A DNA stretch of 63,457 nt, filler included, from Octopus bimaculoides (Eukaryota): the NCBI RefSeq assembly GCF_001194135.2. It is 7 parts of 6 records of this genome, joined end to end, with 100 filler letters (N's around TTAATTAATTAA, not from the genome) between each part and the next. Parts side by side here need not be neighbours in the genome. Positions count along the whole stretch, not along the records: positions 1 to 19,798 come from NC_068989.1; 6 more parts are not named here. The stretch is one strand, 5' to 3'. The position numbers were made by a program, and so were the translations under genes. This document shows positions 1 through 13,002 of this stretch, piece by piece (within the stretch, counting starts at the first letter, position 1; each line of letters starts with the position of its first letter). The notes beneath the pieces are model-generated. The model had not been told where the DNA came from. It worked only from the letters and a program-made list of their open reading frames with translations, and ran no database searches.

Positions 1-146
1 ATTCAAGCGATTTTCACAGTAATCAACTTCCACTTTCACAGTTATCAATTACTACATAGTGTAATGTAATGTGTCCGTCAAACTGAAAATCCTGGAAATC
101 CGATTAATGTATTTTTTCCGCCAGTAGTTAATATAGTAGCAAGTGA

Positions 147-360
147 AAGGCGACGAGCCGTGCGAAATGCTTAGCGGTATTTCGTCTGTCTTTACGTTCT
201 GAGTTCAAATTCCGCCGAGGTCGACTTTGCCTTTCATCCTTTCGGGGTCGATAAATTAAGTATCAGTTGCGTACTGGGGTCGATCTAATCGACTTAATCC
301 CTTTGTTTGTCCTTGTTTGTCCCCTCTATGTTTGGCCCTTTGTGGGCAATAAAGAAATAA
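147..360 (+). mobile_element. tRNA-derived SINE, family A (tail type 1)
   Basis: Head AAGGCG..GAGC, B-box-like GAGTTCAAATTCC, core GGGGTCGATAAATTAAGTA..ACTGGGGTCGAT, tail CCCTTTGTTTGTCCTTGTTTGTCCCCTC..GCAATAAAGAAATAA; more than 10 related copies in window. Confidence 0.9.
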
Positions 361-500
361 TCGTTCTAAGTTCAAATTCCATCGAGGCCGACTTTGCCTT
401 TCATATTTCGGTGTCGATAGAATAAATACCATTTGAGCACTGGCTGGATGTAATTGATTTAGCCCCTTCCCAAAGCTGCTTGCCTGGGCCAAACTTTGAA
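361..500 (+). mobile_element. 5'-truncated SINE family A copy (tail type 2)
   Basis: GTTCAAATTCCATCGAGGCCGACTTTGCCTTTCAT..GTCGATAG, ends CCCCTTCCCAAAGCTGCTTGCCTGGGCCAAAC. Confidence 0.75.
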
Positions 501-502
501 AC

Positions 503-665
<163 letters not shown>

Positions 666-2313
666 ATTATTAATATCATCAACAGTAGCATCATCATCAT
701 TATTATTAAGGAGTTTCGTTTCTATGACAAAATTCGCTGAATGTTTTCTCTACCGTTCATCCTTCGTGGTCTATAAATGATTATATAATTAACTCGAAAC
801 ATTATGACCTTGTGCCTGTTAGGAATCCTTCTCATATTCAATAGCATTATCACTATTGGATTTATTGTGCCATATTCTTGACAATAGTGGGCACTAATTA
901 TCCGCATATCTCATTTCTTGAACTGAAGGATAATAGCTGAATGCTTTTAGTGAGTGCTTTGGCTGCGATATATCAACTATTAAGGAATCTTTAAATTGTC
1001 ATTCGTACACGTAGAGGTTTCTTGGTAGAAATACCAGCTAAATCTCTTTTGAATTCTATTTTAACGTCTTGGGCAAGAGATGACCTACTTGAGAGTTCGT
1101 CCTCGATATATTATTCTCGAAAGTCGATGAGATAGTTACGGCCTGAATGCCTTCTCGTTCAGAAAGCTTTTAGGTTTTATCACAACAACAATAACATCTA
1201 AGACAACAACAATGATGACAACAACGACGACGACGAAAACATTGTTTGTGATTGATGTCAACCATTTCAATTAAATATGTGTGTTGCATGTTTAAAAAAA
1301 GTAAAATAATTCAATCGCGTGGCAATTTGAAGATCAAACAAGCAAACAGTATAAAAGGCTGGATGCGATTGAAGTGTCGCTTAATCATACTAGATTAATC
1401 TAAGGAGAATCTTAACAACTTGCTGGATTAAGAAAGATTTCAAGGTCAGTATAACGCAATCTGAATTAATGAGGATAATACATTAATATTAAAAGAGTAT
1501 TGCTATCTATGCTGATCGAGAGTGACTCTTGAATAAATTGCTGCCGAAACAACACAAGATGATCGAAGTTATACGATTTATGCAAAACAACATGTGAGAT
1601 TTGTAGAGTAACATAACAGTGAACTGCTCAGGTAAAAAAAAAATTGGAAAAAAATAAAGGAAGCGGATTGTTCCAATGATATTGGAATCAGTTATCATGA
1701 AGAAGAAAATTCGATTCGTGAGCATGTTTATATGGAGAAAGAATTAAATGAGAAAACGTAAAAGGCAGAACTGTAATACGGTAAGACATTCAGTATAACA
1801 TCAAATTCTTTATACTTACAGCTGTTTCCATACCCAATTAATTCAATTTGAGGAATAAAATTAAATTAAGTTAATTTAAGTTTTCATATCAAAGATCGTA
1901 AATTGGGTATTTCGCCAGGGGACGATGTTATATTGAATGGAATTTGTTCAAATAAATGGATGTTTATATATAAATTTCTCCATATCCTTTTCCTCATACA
2001 AGAATATCTATCCATCTATGTGAAACAAGCATCCTTGGTTTTTCACTGAAGCACTGGATATAACCTGTGAACTTGGATCGTAACACCCCTTTAAGAGAAT
2101 TTGATATCCTACGCACATGACAAAGTGTATCGAAAAACAAAAATTCAAATTATATGTTTTAGAAGCAATGCCTAAGCAGGTAAGTTAATTTTATGAAAAA
2201 TAGCATGATATCATATTTATTTTTCATAAAATTACTTACCTACTCAGGTATTGCTTCTAAAATATATATCTTGGATTCTTGTTATTCTGATTGTCTCACC
2301 TTATACACTTTGT

Positions 2314-2424
<111 letters not shown>

Positions 2425-2706
2425 CGGTTTTCCTTTTGTAAACAAGTCTTTCACTCACTGAGCGAAGTGGGATGTGTGTATGTCTGTATGTCATTATTCA
2501 GTTTTATTTCAAGATTTCTTGCCAATAGAGAACGAGCCGGTTACTAACCTAGACCCTTGACTTCTTCATTGGAATTTCAACGCCATCAATCGAGTATTTT
2601 TCTATGTATGTGTGTATGCATTCGTGCAAATTTTATGTTTTGATTTATGTATGTATGTATGTATTATGTATGTTTGTATGTATGCGTGTATGTATGTATG
2701 CATGTA

Positions 2707-3595
2707 CAGAGTGTTCGAGCTAAACTTGACGACATTTTGTAACCTTTTTTCTTCAGAAACAGCGTGATTTATCGGTTAACGGCCAGCGGTATTGGAGAAT
2801 ATACAGATTAAAATTATAGTTAAGAATAAAATTTGCTGACATGAATGATTGGAAGCCCTCTGAATATTTAACAAGAGTTACCTATATCATGATGATTCAA
2901 GCCGACTATCAAAATGCTGAAATCATGATTACTGCTCAACGTTTCGTGAACACTGTACAACGCTGTAGGATGTTACATGGACTCCATGAAAACCACGTTT
3001 TCATAAAATGTGATGGTTTGTAGGTATGTCTCCAGTGAAGGTGACATCATGCAGTCCCACGAGTTTGAACAGGGTTCAATTAGGGTCTACTCAGACTGCT
3101 ATGTGAACCTGCTGGAGAGTGTGGTCGGACCCTTGCTGGGGAGGGTCGCTGCTGGAAGGCTGTATGTGTGGGAGCAGGATTCAGCTCCTTGTCATACCTC
3201 CGGAAAGAGTCAGAAATTGTTGTCGGAGAATTTCTACGACTTTACTAACCTCAAATTCTCGCCTCCTAATTTTCCCGATTGTAACTCCATGGAGTACATA
3301 CTGTGCTTGAGACGCAGTCGAGAAAGACAACTGTTTTGCCTGCAAAACCAAGGCCGACTAGTGGCCAAGATCAAAAAGGTTTTTGAAGATCTTCCTTCAG
3401 TGAGGAATGCTTGCGCCAGGTTCCGGACCTGTCCTCAGGCCATGGTGGGAACTGTGGACGCCTACTTCGAGTACCCTGTTATCTCCCAGTGATAATCTCG
3501 TTATTTTTGATATTTTAAAGATGCTTTTTGTTTTTCGATGAATAATGTTTTCTTTCCCTCGTATACAAACTATCAAATTTATCCCAAAGACCCTG
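2707..3595 (+). mobile_element. internally deleted maT-type (DD37D family) Tc1/mariner transposon
   Basis: TA then CAGAGTGTTCGAGCTAAACTTGA; degenerate inverted end TCAAATTTATCCCAAAGACCCTG; ORF 3010-3492 WEQDSAPCHTS..PDCNSMEY with 37 residues between the 2nd and 3rd acidic residues. Confidence 0.85.
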
Positions 3596-3711
3596 TGTAT
3601 GTCTGTATGTCTATCTATTTGTTTGTCTGTCTGTCTGTCTGTATGTATGTATGTATGTATGTATTTATGTATCTATGTATTACGTACGTATGTATATATG
3701 TGTGTGTACAT

Positions 3712-4128
3712 AGTAGTGGATGTGTGGAAAGAAGATTGCTCACCAACCACATGGTTCCGGGTTCAGTCCCACTGCGTAGCTCCTTGGGCAACAGTATTCT
3801 ACTATAGCCTTCGGCCTACCAAAGCCTTTTGAGTGCATTTGGTAGGCGAAAACAGAAGGAAGCCCGTCATATATATGTGTGTGTATGTGTGTGTGTGTCT
3901 GTGTTTGTGTTTGTGTGTCTGTGTTTGTCCCCCAACCATCGCTTGACAACCGATGTTGATGTGTTTATATCACCGTAACTTAGCAGTTCGGCAAAAGGGG
4001 CCAATAAAATAAGTACTAGGCTTACAAAGAATAAGTCCTGGAGTAAATTTGTTCGACTAAATGCGGTGCTCCAGCATGTCAGCAGTCAAATGATTGAAAC
4101 AAGTAAAAGAATAAAAAGAATAAAAGAA
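3712..4128 (+). mobile_element. tRNA-derived SINE family D with internal TA/TG microsatellite
   Basis: A-box-like GTGGATGTGTGG, B-box GGTTCAGTCCC, CCTTGGGCAA motif, internal (TG)n, 3' GTGCTCCAGCATG..GAAACAAGTAAAAGA with repeated tail. Confidence 0.9.
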
Positions 4129-4295
4129 TATATGTATATATGTATGTATATATGCATGTATGTATATGTATATATATAATATGTATGGATGTATGTATGT
4201 ATAAATATATANNNNNNNNNNNNNNNNNNNNNNNNNNNNNNNNNNNNNNNNNNNNNNNNNNNNNNNNNNNNNNNNNNNNNNNNNNNNNNNNNNNN

Positions 4296-4382
<87 letters not shown>

Positions 4383-4411
4383 TGTACATATATATTTGCG
4401 TGTGTAAATAT

Positions 4412-4448
<37 letters not shown>

Positions 4449-4494
4449 ATATGTATGGATGTATGTATGTATAAATATATACTATATATATACA

Positions 4495-4670
4495 CAGGGT
4501 GCGTCAGGTATTTGAGGAGATACCTTTTTGGGGTCATTGCTGTATTTTTTGCTAACTCTGTATAATCTTTGTTTCAGAACATAATAACTGCAGACCCTCA
4601 GCTTACTCTAGAAATGAAGAGGCGTGTTGTTATTTTCGTTATAAAGACTTTACATATGTATGTATGTATG

Positions 4671-4704
<34 letters not shown>

Positions 4705-5205
4705 TGGATGGATGGATGGATGGATGGATGGATGGATGGATGGATGGATGGATGGATGGATGGATGGATGGATGTACGTACGTATGTATACATGTATGTA
4801 TACATAGAAGTGGATGAGGGAAAGAAGCTTGCTTCTCAACCACATAGCGATTTAGAAATATCTCGATTTTTAAAAGTTGCTAGATCTTTCATCTACAAAG
4901 TTTGTAAAGAACTAGAGATTGAAGATGGAAACGTATCACCAGTATCAAAGCATAAAAGGCATTCTAATCGTTGTGAAATCATCAGAACACCTTAATTTAT
5001 CCAGCATGTTCAACAGACCATTGAATACAATCCCAGAAAGTCCATGAGCTCAATTACAAAAGATCGCCATGTGTCAGAATAACAGTCAGAAATGTTGTCC
5101 ACGAAGACATCAGATATAAGTCTTATATGATGAGGAAAGGTCAATTTGTCTGAAAAGGCAAAAGGAAATCACCACATCAGATCTAAAAGGCTCTTAGACA
5201 AACTG
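4495..5205 (+). mobile_element. 5' half of maT-type transposon, interrupted by (TATG)n(TGGA)n and a SINE D head fragment
   Basis: CAGGGTGCG terminal motif after TA-rich flank; translation [56 protein letters not shown] resembles the transposase HTH region. Confidence 0.75.
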
Positions 5206-7834
5206 TTTTACATAAAGCCTATTTAGGTTAAAAAGAAAAATGGATCGCTTTGTATTCGAATAAATATACTAGTTGTACTGTGGTATTTCTTTTATCGAGA
5301 ATATTACCAATGTAAAAAAGATGATAGGATAACAAGGGATATTTCAAATAAGCTTGAAGTATTAACTCGCCAAGAACTTAAGCCTTAATATTTGGTGAAG
5401 TTTATTTGGTTTGCAGTGGGTAGTGCATCGTTTCAGACGATTGGATGAACGAGTAACTGGACGCGTTTAGATAATGGCAGACTATAGAAAAATGTGTAAA
5501 GCCTCGAAAATTTAGCATTGAGCAATGTGCAGCAAACTGAAAAATAAAAACTGCTACTTATTTTGTGTAAGAACTAGAGTTATTTCAGCTTTAATTGTAG
5601 ATGCCAGCTTTGAAATAATAACAGAAACATAATACAAATTATTAAGAAGAAAGTGTCAATATACAAAGCAAGAATAAAATAAAGTATTTCTTGCATTGGT
5701 TTGTTTCAGGAAAAAGAAAGGTGGAAATGGGGAAGAGAAAGAAAGATAGAGAAGTAACTTTGATTTAAGATCGATGTAACTTGAAACCACTTGCACAGAC
5801 AAAAAAAAAATAAAAAGAAAGAAACTTGAAATGACAACAAAGTTTCTCCTGAAGTATTAATTAGAAACATTTTTGAAAAAAAAAATATGTACAAGTTTGA
5901 AAACTAAGAATCAGCAAAAATATGAGAAGTGACGGGGGAATGGGGAGAAGAAGATAAAGAATTCTGAAATGCATAATTAGTGCAGGGTAACAGTAACCCA
6001 GACAGGTCATAAATGCTAATGTGATAAAGTAAAGTGGGATAAACATTGAAAGTTGCTGTATGAAACAGATTTCTAGTTTCATTAGTTTCATTAAAGAAAT
6101 AACTCTTAGTTGAAAAACTTGTAGAAAACGAACAAGATCCAAATATTTTGTAGGATTAATTAATAGTCATGTAGATTTGGTCATAGAGCGAAGAAGACCC
6201 AGTTTAGTGCTTATCACCACGACAAAACAAGTAATGTTGCCTAATCAATATTATTATACCCAGGGACAATGGTTTTGCTGATAAAGAATTTGAGAAAATT
6301 TACAACTACAGAGAATTTGCATTAAAGTTTACTAAAATGCGTTGAAGCTTTAAATTCAATCCCACAAGAACCAACGAATTTACTCGAATAACTGGAAATA
6401 AAGTCATAAATCTACACAGATTGTATTGAACAATAGATTAAGGGAAGTATTTTGTCTAGTCTAGCTGTCTGTATAACACTTGCTTTCCCTTTGTCACTCT
6501 CTATCTCTCATTCCTCTCTCTTTATGTTCATATGTTGGTATTTCACTGTCTATCCATCCCTCCATCTATTCGGCTAATTATTTCCTCCTCCACCTCCTCA
6601 TTCTCTTTCTCTCTCTGTCCCCCACGCATATATGTATGCATGATTATAAATGTACAAATGTTTGTGGGTTTAGGTTTACATGTATGTGTGTGGGTTTAGG
6701 TTTACATGTATGTGTGTGGGGGTGTATATATATANNNNNNNNNNNNNNNNNNNNNNNNNNNNNNNNNNNNNNNNNNNNNNNNNNNNNNNNNNNNNNNNNN
6801 NNNNNNNNNNNNNNNNNNNNNNNNNNNNNNNNNNNNNNNNNNNNNNNNNNNNNNNNNNNNNNNNNNNNNNNNNNNNNNNNNNNNNNNNNNNNNNNNNNNN
6901 NNNNNNNNNNNNNNNNNNNNNNNNNNNNNNNNNNNNNNNNNNNNNNNNNNNNNNNNNNNNNNGAGGGAGAGGGCAAGAGGGAGAGGGAAAGGAAAAGAGA
7001 GAGTGGTTATAATTAATAGCCAACTGGACCTTTTCGCTCAACACACAGGAATTGGTTCCGAGTTTTACTGGCAACAGCAAAACTAAATGTTCCATAATCA
7101 ATTTTGCTATAACAGAGTCAAAGTTTTGTTGATAAGGAATTCAATAAAACAGACGAATAATCGACTTTGAGATCTCCATTTAAAGCGTAGCAAGAATACG
7201 GCTGAACATTAATTCGGATGAGCACTGAAGCGGAGATAGTTAGCTCCCGGCGATCTAGTTTTGATTCTCATTCGTGTGTAATTTATTCAGTTTGCATAGA
7301 CCCTTTTGAGAAGGCATGAGTGAGCATGAGAACTCTCACTCTGCTGCTACTGGAAGAAATCACGATTGATGGATATACTGTAGATGATCATGAAAGCTGC
7401 AGCAATTGATGTTGTTTATCCCGCGAGAGGGCAATAAATGTGTGATTTTTATTTTATTTTCATTTAGTCTTATGTCTCAAGCAACCGGTATGCTGAGAGT
7501 AAATTGTGATAGCCTACACTGGCAAATAGGAAGAATAAACTGTTCGAAAGTGGTATAAATTGTTTCCTCGGAAGGAAGAACAGCCAAATGCAGTTGTTCT
7601 CTGATGATGAGCTGAAGATTTTTAAGAATATGATTTAAGGATTCAGATTATCCAAAATAATGCTAGAACAACTTAAACCAGTTATTCATAATTTTGATAA
7701 AGAAGGCTATTTATCTATATATAAAACAAAGGATGTGTATGTAGTACTATGCATTTCTACAGTTTTCAGACTTTTTTTTTAGCAAATAAAATAATTTGCC
7801 AGGTGAAGTCTTCGTCAGCAGGTACACCTAGATT

Positions 7835-7877
<43 letters not shown>

Positions 7878-7924
7878 TTTTTCAGAATGAGATAATAAAC
7901 CAAGGCTGAAAAATAATTTTTGAT

Positions 7925-9650
7925 ATATACACATGCTGATATATGACCCACTTTCTCATCCACGAGAAAGGCACGTATGTGCCAGAGAAACATCAAAATA
8001 GATCGTGGAATATTCCAGGATGACTCACTCTCCTCTCTCCTCTTCTGTCTTTCTCTCATTCCTTTATCCCACGAGCTGAACAGAACAAATTGCAGTTACA
8101 AAATGTTTGACAATATCACCTCACACTTGCTCCATATGTATGAACTGAAATTATACGCAAAAGATGACAAAGATCTGAAAGGGCTACTAGTAACTGAAAA
8201 CATTCAGTGATGAATCAGTATGGAATTTGGCCTTGACAAGTGTGCAAAAGCTTCGTGCAAAGGTGGTAAACTGACAGCTAATACCACGACCCAACTTGAT
8301 CATGATACATCAAGGACCTGAACCAAGAAAGCGTTTGTTAGTATTTTGGGATACACAAAGGGAAAGAGATTCAATACAGATCAACGAAAGAGTGTTATAA
8401 ACGTGTCAGAATGACCTTGAATACTGAGCTGAACTCTCAGAAAAGAATTGTAGCTATAAACTCCCTGGCAGTATCAGTTGTCCAATATAGCCTTAATGTC
8501 ATCAATTGCAATCTGAGTGGTCTCCAGTGTATGGACATAAAGACCAGAAAAAACTGCTGACACTAAAGAATGCACTACTCAGAATCAGATGTCCACAGGG
8601 TCTATTGCCCATGAAAGGAAGGCGGCAGAGGTTTAATCAAGTTTGAAACATCCTATAAAACGACCGCGATAAGACTACAAGTGTACATCCAAAGTTACAC
8701 CAACTGGATGATACAGCTGGTAAGCTGGTAAGCTGGTAAGGCAACACGAACAGAGTAAGAAACTGCACTCAATCTCCAGCGAGGCATATAAATACAGACG
8801 AGAGCTTAACCTCCCTGATTATGATGATGATAAGGAGGACACACTGCCCACTAAGGCAGCAAAAAGTGTAAAACAAAAGACAAAAAAGAAAGCTTTAAAG
8901 AAATATCAAGAATGTGGCAAGAAAAGCCATTGCATGAGCAATACCCCAAACAAGCTGGGCAAGCTGATGTATATATGAGGAGAACCCATCAGTGGCTGCA
9001 GAGTGTTGGTCTGAAAGCCGAAACAGAAGGATACTCGGAACTATCATATCATACTAATGTCACACACAATGAGGTAGACACAAAATATAGACTCTGCAAT
9101 GACAAACAGGAGAGTGTTGACCACAACATTGCCAGGGGCTCCGTCGTTTCCCCTACAGAATATAAAACCAGGCATGATCGAGGTGGCCAATACTTGCACT
9201 GGATAACATGCTGTCACTATGATATCACGCACTCTAACAACTGGTATGAACACCATCCGGAGCCATTGACCCAGGGAGAGAAAGTTACCACCCTATGAGA
9301 TTATGGCATACATACTGACAGAAAAATAGATATTAACAGACCAGACATCGTCATCAAAGACCTAAGATTAAAAATATGCCTGTTAATTGATATGACAGAG
9401 CCTACTAATAGAAATATCTCAGCAAAGGAATTTTAAAAAATGTCGAAATATAAGAATCTTGGGATTGAGGTATTTAAGACGTAACAATTAAAAGCCAAAA
9501 CCATTCCTGTTGTTGTAGGTGCCCCGGGAATGATCAAAATAGATACTGACAAATTTCTTGACCAGACCCCTGGGAAACCAACAATCCATGAGACTTAAAA
9601 CATTGTGTTGACATCAACCGCCCATATTCTCAGAAATATAGAGATGACGA
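7925..9650 (+). mobile_element. 5'-truncated degenerate R4/Dong-clade non-LTR retrotransposon (RT, CCHC remnant, restriction-like endonuclease)
   Basis: IDRGIFQDDSLSSLLFCLSLIPL..LHMYELKLYAK (RT); LKAETEG..RLCNDKQESVDH; NRPDIVIKD..CLLIDMTEP (PD..D endonuclease); terminal TAHILRN; multiple stops and frameshifts. Confidence 0.88.
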
Positions 9651-9825
9651 TAGCACGATGTCGATGGTGGTGGTGGAGATGGTGGTGGAGATGGTGGTTG
9701 CGGGCGGGGAGGGGGTNNNNNNNNNNNNNNNNGGGGATCATGCTAATGATGACGCCGACGGCGAATGTGTCGAACGGACGTGCTGTTGCTGCTGTTGTTG
9801 ATGTTGTTGTTGTTGTTGGCTGTAA

Positions 9826-9878
<53 letters not shown>

Positions 9879-10017
9879 ATGGTGAATATTTTGTTACAAG
9901 GGATAGTGGTGTCAATGATGATAGAGTTTATGTTAATTAGCAATAATGGCGAATATGCTAATGCAGGAGGTGGTATAGATATTGTTGTTATTGATGTTGT
10001 TGTTGTAGCTGTTGTTG

Positions 10018-10049
<32 letters not shown>

Positions 10050-10734
10050 GGTGGTGGTGGTGGTGGTGGTGGTGGTGACGGAGAATGCGNNNNNNNNNNN
10101 NNNNNNNNNNNNNNNNNNNNNNNNNNNNNNNNNNNNNNNNNNNNNNNNNNNNNNNNNNNNNNNNNNNNNNNNNNNNNNNNNNNNNNNNNNNNNNNNNNNN
10201 NNNNNNNNNNNNNNNNNNNNNNNNNNNNNNNNNNNNNNNNNNNNNNNNNNNNNNNNNNNNNNNNNNNNNNNNNNNNNNNNNNNNNNNNNNNNNNNNNNNN
10301 NNNNNNNNNNNNNNNNNNNNNNNNNNNNNNNNNNNNNNNNNNNNNNNNNNNNNNNNNNNNNNNNNNNNNNNNNNNNNNNNNNNNNNNNNNNNNNNNNNNT
10401 GTTGTGGTGGTGGTGGTGGTGGTGGTGGTGGTGATGGTGGTGGTGGTGGTGGTGGTGGTGACTGTTCTATTTGTGTGCATGTATGTGCATGTATGTGTGT
10501 GTGTGTGTGTATGTGCATGTATGTGTGTGTATGCGTGCACGACGTAAGGTTCCTTGGCTTTTGATAATAATCTTTTGCTTTACAGAACTGCTCCTATTAT
10601 TATTATTATTGTTATCTTTATCGTTATTCTTCTGGTTTGTTGTTACCATTCTTGTTGTTATCGCCGTCGTTGCCACTGCTGTTGTTTAAAAAAAAAACGA
10701 GAATGCTGGTAATACAGATGATAACGATGATGAT

Positions 10735-10930
10735 TGTAGTAGCCGGTGGCTGAATCGTTCTCACATCGAGCAAAATGGACGCTGAGCAAAATTCCACCGC
10801 GGCCGACTTTACCTTTCATCCATTCGAAGTTGATGAAATAAGTACCAGTGGCAGACTGGGTTCGCTGTAATCGACTTAGCCTCTACCCCACAAAAAATTC
10901 AGGTCTTGTACCTACAGCAGAAAGGATTAT
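10735..10930 (+). mobile_element. diverged SINE family A (tail type 2)
   Basis: AAAATTCCACCGCGGCCGACTTTACCTTTCATCC..ATAAGTACCAGT..CTGGGTTCGCTGTAATCGACT..CCCC..GGTCTTGTACC. Confidence 0.75.
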
Positions 10931-11690
10931 TATTATTATTGTTGAGTGAGAGCGCAGTGCATGCCATCAAAGTTGTTGGCACTCCGTCGCTTACGACGTC
11001 GAGGGTTCCAGTCGATCCGATCAACGGAACAGCCTGCTCGTGAAATTAACGTGCAAGCGGCTGAGCACTCCACAGACACGTGTACCCTTAACGTAGTTCT
11101 CGGGGATATTTAGAGTGACACAGTGTGACAAGGATGATGCCATCAAAGTGATACTGGAGTAAAATATACGAAGCCCAGTATACCCATCATGACTATCCGT
11201 CTGATAAGGGTACATCAGGCACATGCATCACAACCGTATGTGCGTGACATGGTGATCTCATATCAAGATAAACAGCACATGACCTTGTAAGTGGGGTCCA
11301 GTTAGAATTTTCTTCAGGTCAAGTAACCCATCCCACTCAAAAGGTCCAAGGTCGAGGAGCCCATTACGCTCAAACGGTTGTTTAAGGGATGATGAACGAA
11401 ACACCCATGTTTCCATAAGTGAATTATTCAAACCTCAATGAATTCCTCTCAACACATGGCTATGATGCTCTCCCACTATCTCTGCTTGCGATCAGAGGTG
11501 CACATATCGTCAGCCACCAAGAGACATGCTCAGCTGGTTAAGGTCAAGCAACTGACAGGCAAATCTGTGGTATTGAGCAGAATATTTGCTGCACCCCATC
11601 TTTTTATACCAAGACAAAAGATGTACATGATAACATTTTCAATCAGTTAAGATCAGAAGCGATGAGAGCCAGTTCTTGCTACTGCATCTG
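10928..11690 (-). mobile_element. family B retroposon 3' region with (TAA)n tail, no ORF recognised
   Basis: Ends (minus strand) ..CTCTCACTCAACAATAATAATAAT; a second copy starts identically at 29161-29288. Confidence 0.75.
10974..11136 (-). mobile_element. 5'-truncated SINE family C nested in family B with 13-bp target-site duplication ATGCCATCAAAGT
   Basis: TSD at 10961-10973 and 11137-11149; insert matches the 3' half of full copy 59641-60017; the copy at 29240 has a single (empty) site. Confidence 0.9.
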
Positions 11691-11693
11691 GTA

Positions 11694-11870
11694 CGGCGAG
11701 CTGGCAGAATCGTTAACACGCCGGGCGAAATGCTTAGCGATATTTCGTCTGCCACTACGTTCCGAGTTCAAATTCCACCGAGGTCGACTTACGCTTTCAT
11801 CCTTTTGGAGTCGATAAATTAAGTACCAGTTGCGTACTGGTGTCGATCTAATCTACTGGTCCCCTCAGTC
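11694..11870 (+). mobile_element. SINE family A
   Basis: GGCGAGCTGGCAGAATCGTTAACACGCCGGGCGAAATGCTTAGCG..GAGTTCAAATTCC..GTCGATAAATTAAGTACCAG. Confidence 0.9.
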
Positions 11871-12640
11871 GAGCAATGCAGTCGGTGGAAGTTCCACTTG
11901 GTCGTTCTATAGAGGGTTAGTGTCGAACAAGTGCATCGATAAGAATCAACTGGGTGATTTAATCAGGATGACTTCCGGGCTGGGCCCCATGGATAATTTC
12001 CAGAAATCCCTAGCCTGGCAGTGCTATCAGGGAGCATTACTGGTTCGGAATACACTCTACAGGTATGGAAGTGCCGTCAGTCGGACTTTTCCAAGATGCT
12101 CGTAGGGCGACGAAACTGCTCACCACGCCCTCGTCCAGTGCTCAAGCATTGCTGACTTGTGGGTTTATGTCGAACGACTGCTGTCACGTGTAGAACGGAC
12201 GCGGCCATCGGCTGACTGCTTCGTGAAGAACGTCCTGCTGCCTTCTTATATCCGGGAAAGGTAAGCAATGTTTATTTGTCTGGTGGTCGTAGCGAAAGAA
12301 ATTGTGTGGTGAACCAGAATGAAAGTGTTGAAGCCAGATACTTTCGTCTTTGAACAAGCCCTCATCAACTTTTTCAAGTTTCATTTGAAAAGAAGGTTAT
12401 AGTGGTGGGGGAAGAGCTTCCTACCAGCAATTTTGTTGAAAGGTGAGTGTATGTTGCAAAAACGGTTCGCGTGAACGTGCCTACGCTATGCATGCGCCTG
12501 TGGATAGAAGGAAGACGATGGAGACCTTAGTGATCAGGGCGAATGTGGTTCTGTGGTGTCTCCATGAATAGCCCTAGGAAGACTCCCGCTTTTGAGGAAT
12601 TGTTTCGTTGTTAGAATTTATCTTGTAACTGTTTTGTTTT
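11870..12640 (+). mobile_element. 3' end of degenerate Tx1/L1-like non-LTR retrotransposon (zf-RVT region)
   Basis: LAWQCYQGALLVRNTLYRYGSAVSRTFPRCS*GDETAHHALVQCSSIADLW..AKEIVW*TRMK; CCHC-like motif and AK..IW..R motif; in-frame stops. Confidence 0.75.
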
Positions 12641-12760
12641 TTACACGTGTCTGTAGAGTGCTCAGCCATTTGCACGTTAATTTCACGAGCAGACTGTTCC
12701 GTTGATCGGATCAACTGGAACCCTCGACGTCGTAAGCGACGGAGTGCCAACAACAACAAC
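12641..12760 (+). mobile_element. 3' fragment of SINE family C with (AAC)n tail
   Basis: ACACGTGTCTGTAGAGTGCTCAGCC..GACGTCGTAAGCGACGGAGTGCCAACAACAACAAC. Confidence 0.9.
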
Positions 12761-12950
12761 GTTCTACGTTCAAACCTTACCGGAGTCAAGTTTTATCTTT
12801 CATCCTTCTGGAGTCGATAGAATAAAATAGCAATCAAATAATGGAGTCAATATAACCAACTACACTTCTAATAAATATTAGTGGCCTTGAGCCTAAATTA
12901 GACACAAATACGATCATTGTTGTTGCGGTTGTTACTGATGCTGCTGCTGC

Positions 12951-13002
<52 letters not shown>

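Noticed and set aside
1581-1604. CKTTCEIC, resembling the end of a ShK domain
   Set aside because: Bounded by in-frame stops with no splice acceptor and no upstream cysteines; likely chance.
6661-6722. ~28-bp tandem unit containing TTTAGG, suggesting a telomere-like repeat
   Set aside because: Only two full copies embedded in TG-rich sequence; not a telomeric array.
12493-12507. CACG peptide motif expected upstream of the CNCD exon
   Set aside because: Followed at once by TAG and lies in the 3' region of the Tx1-like element.
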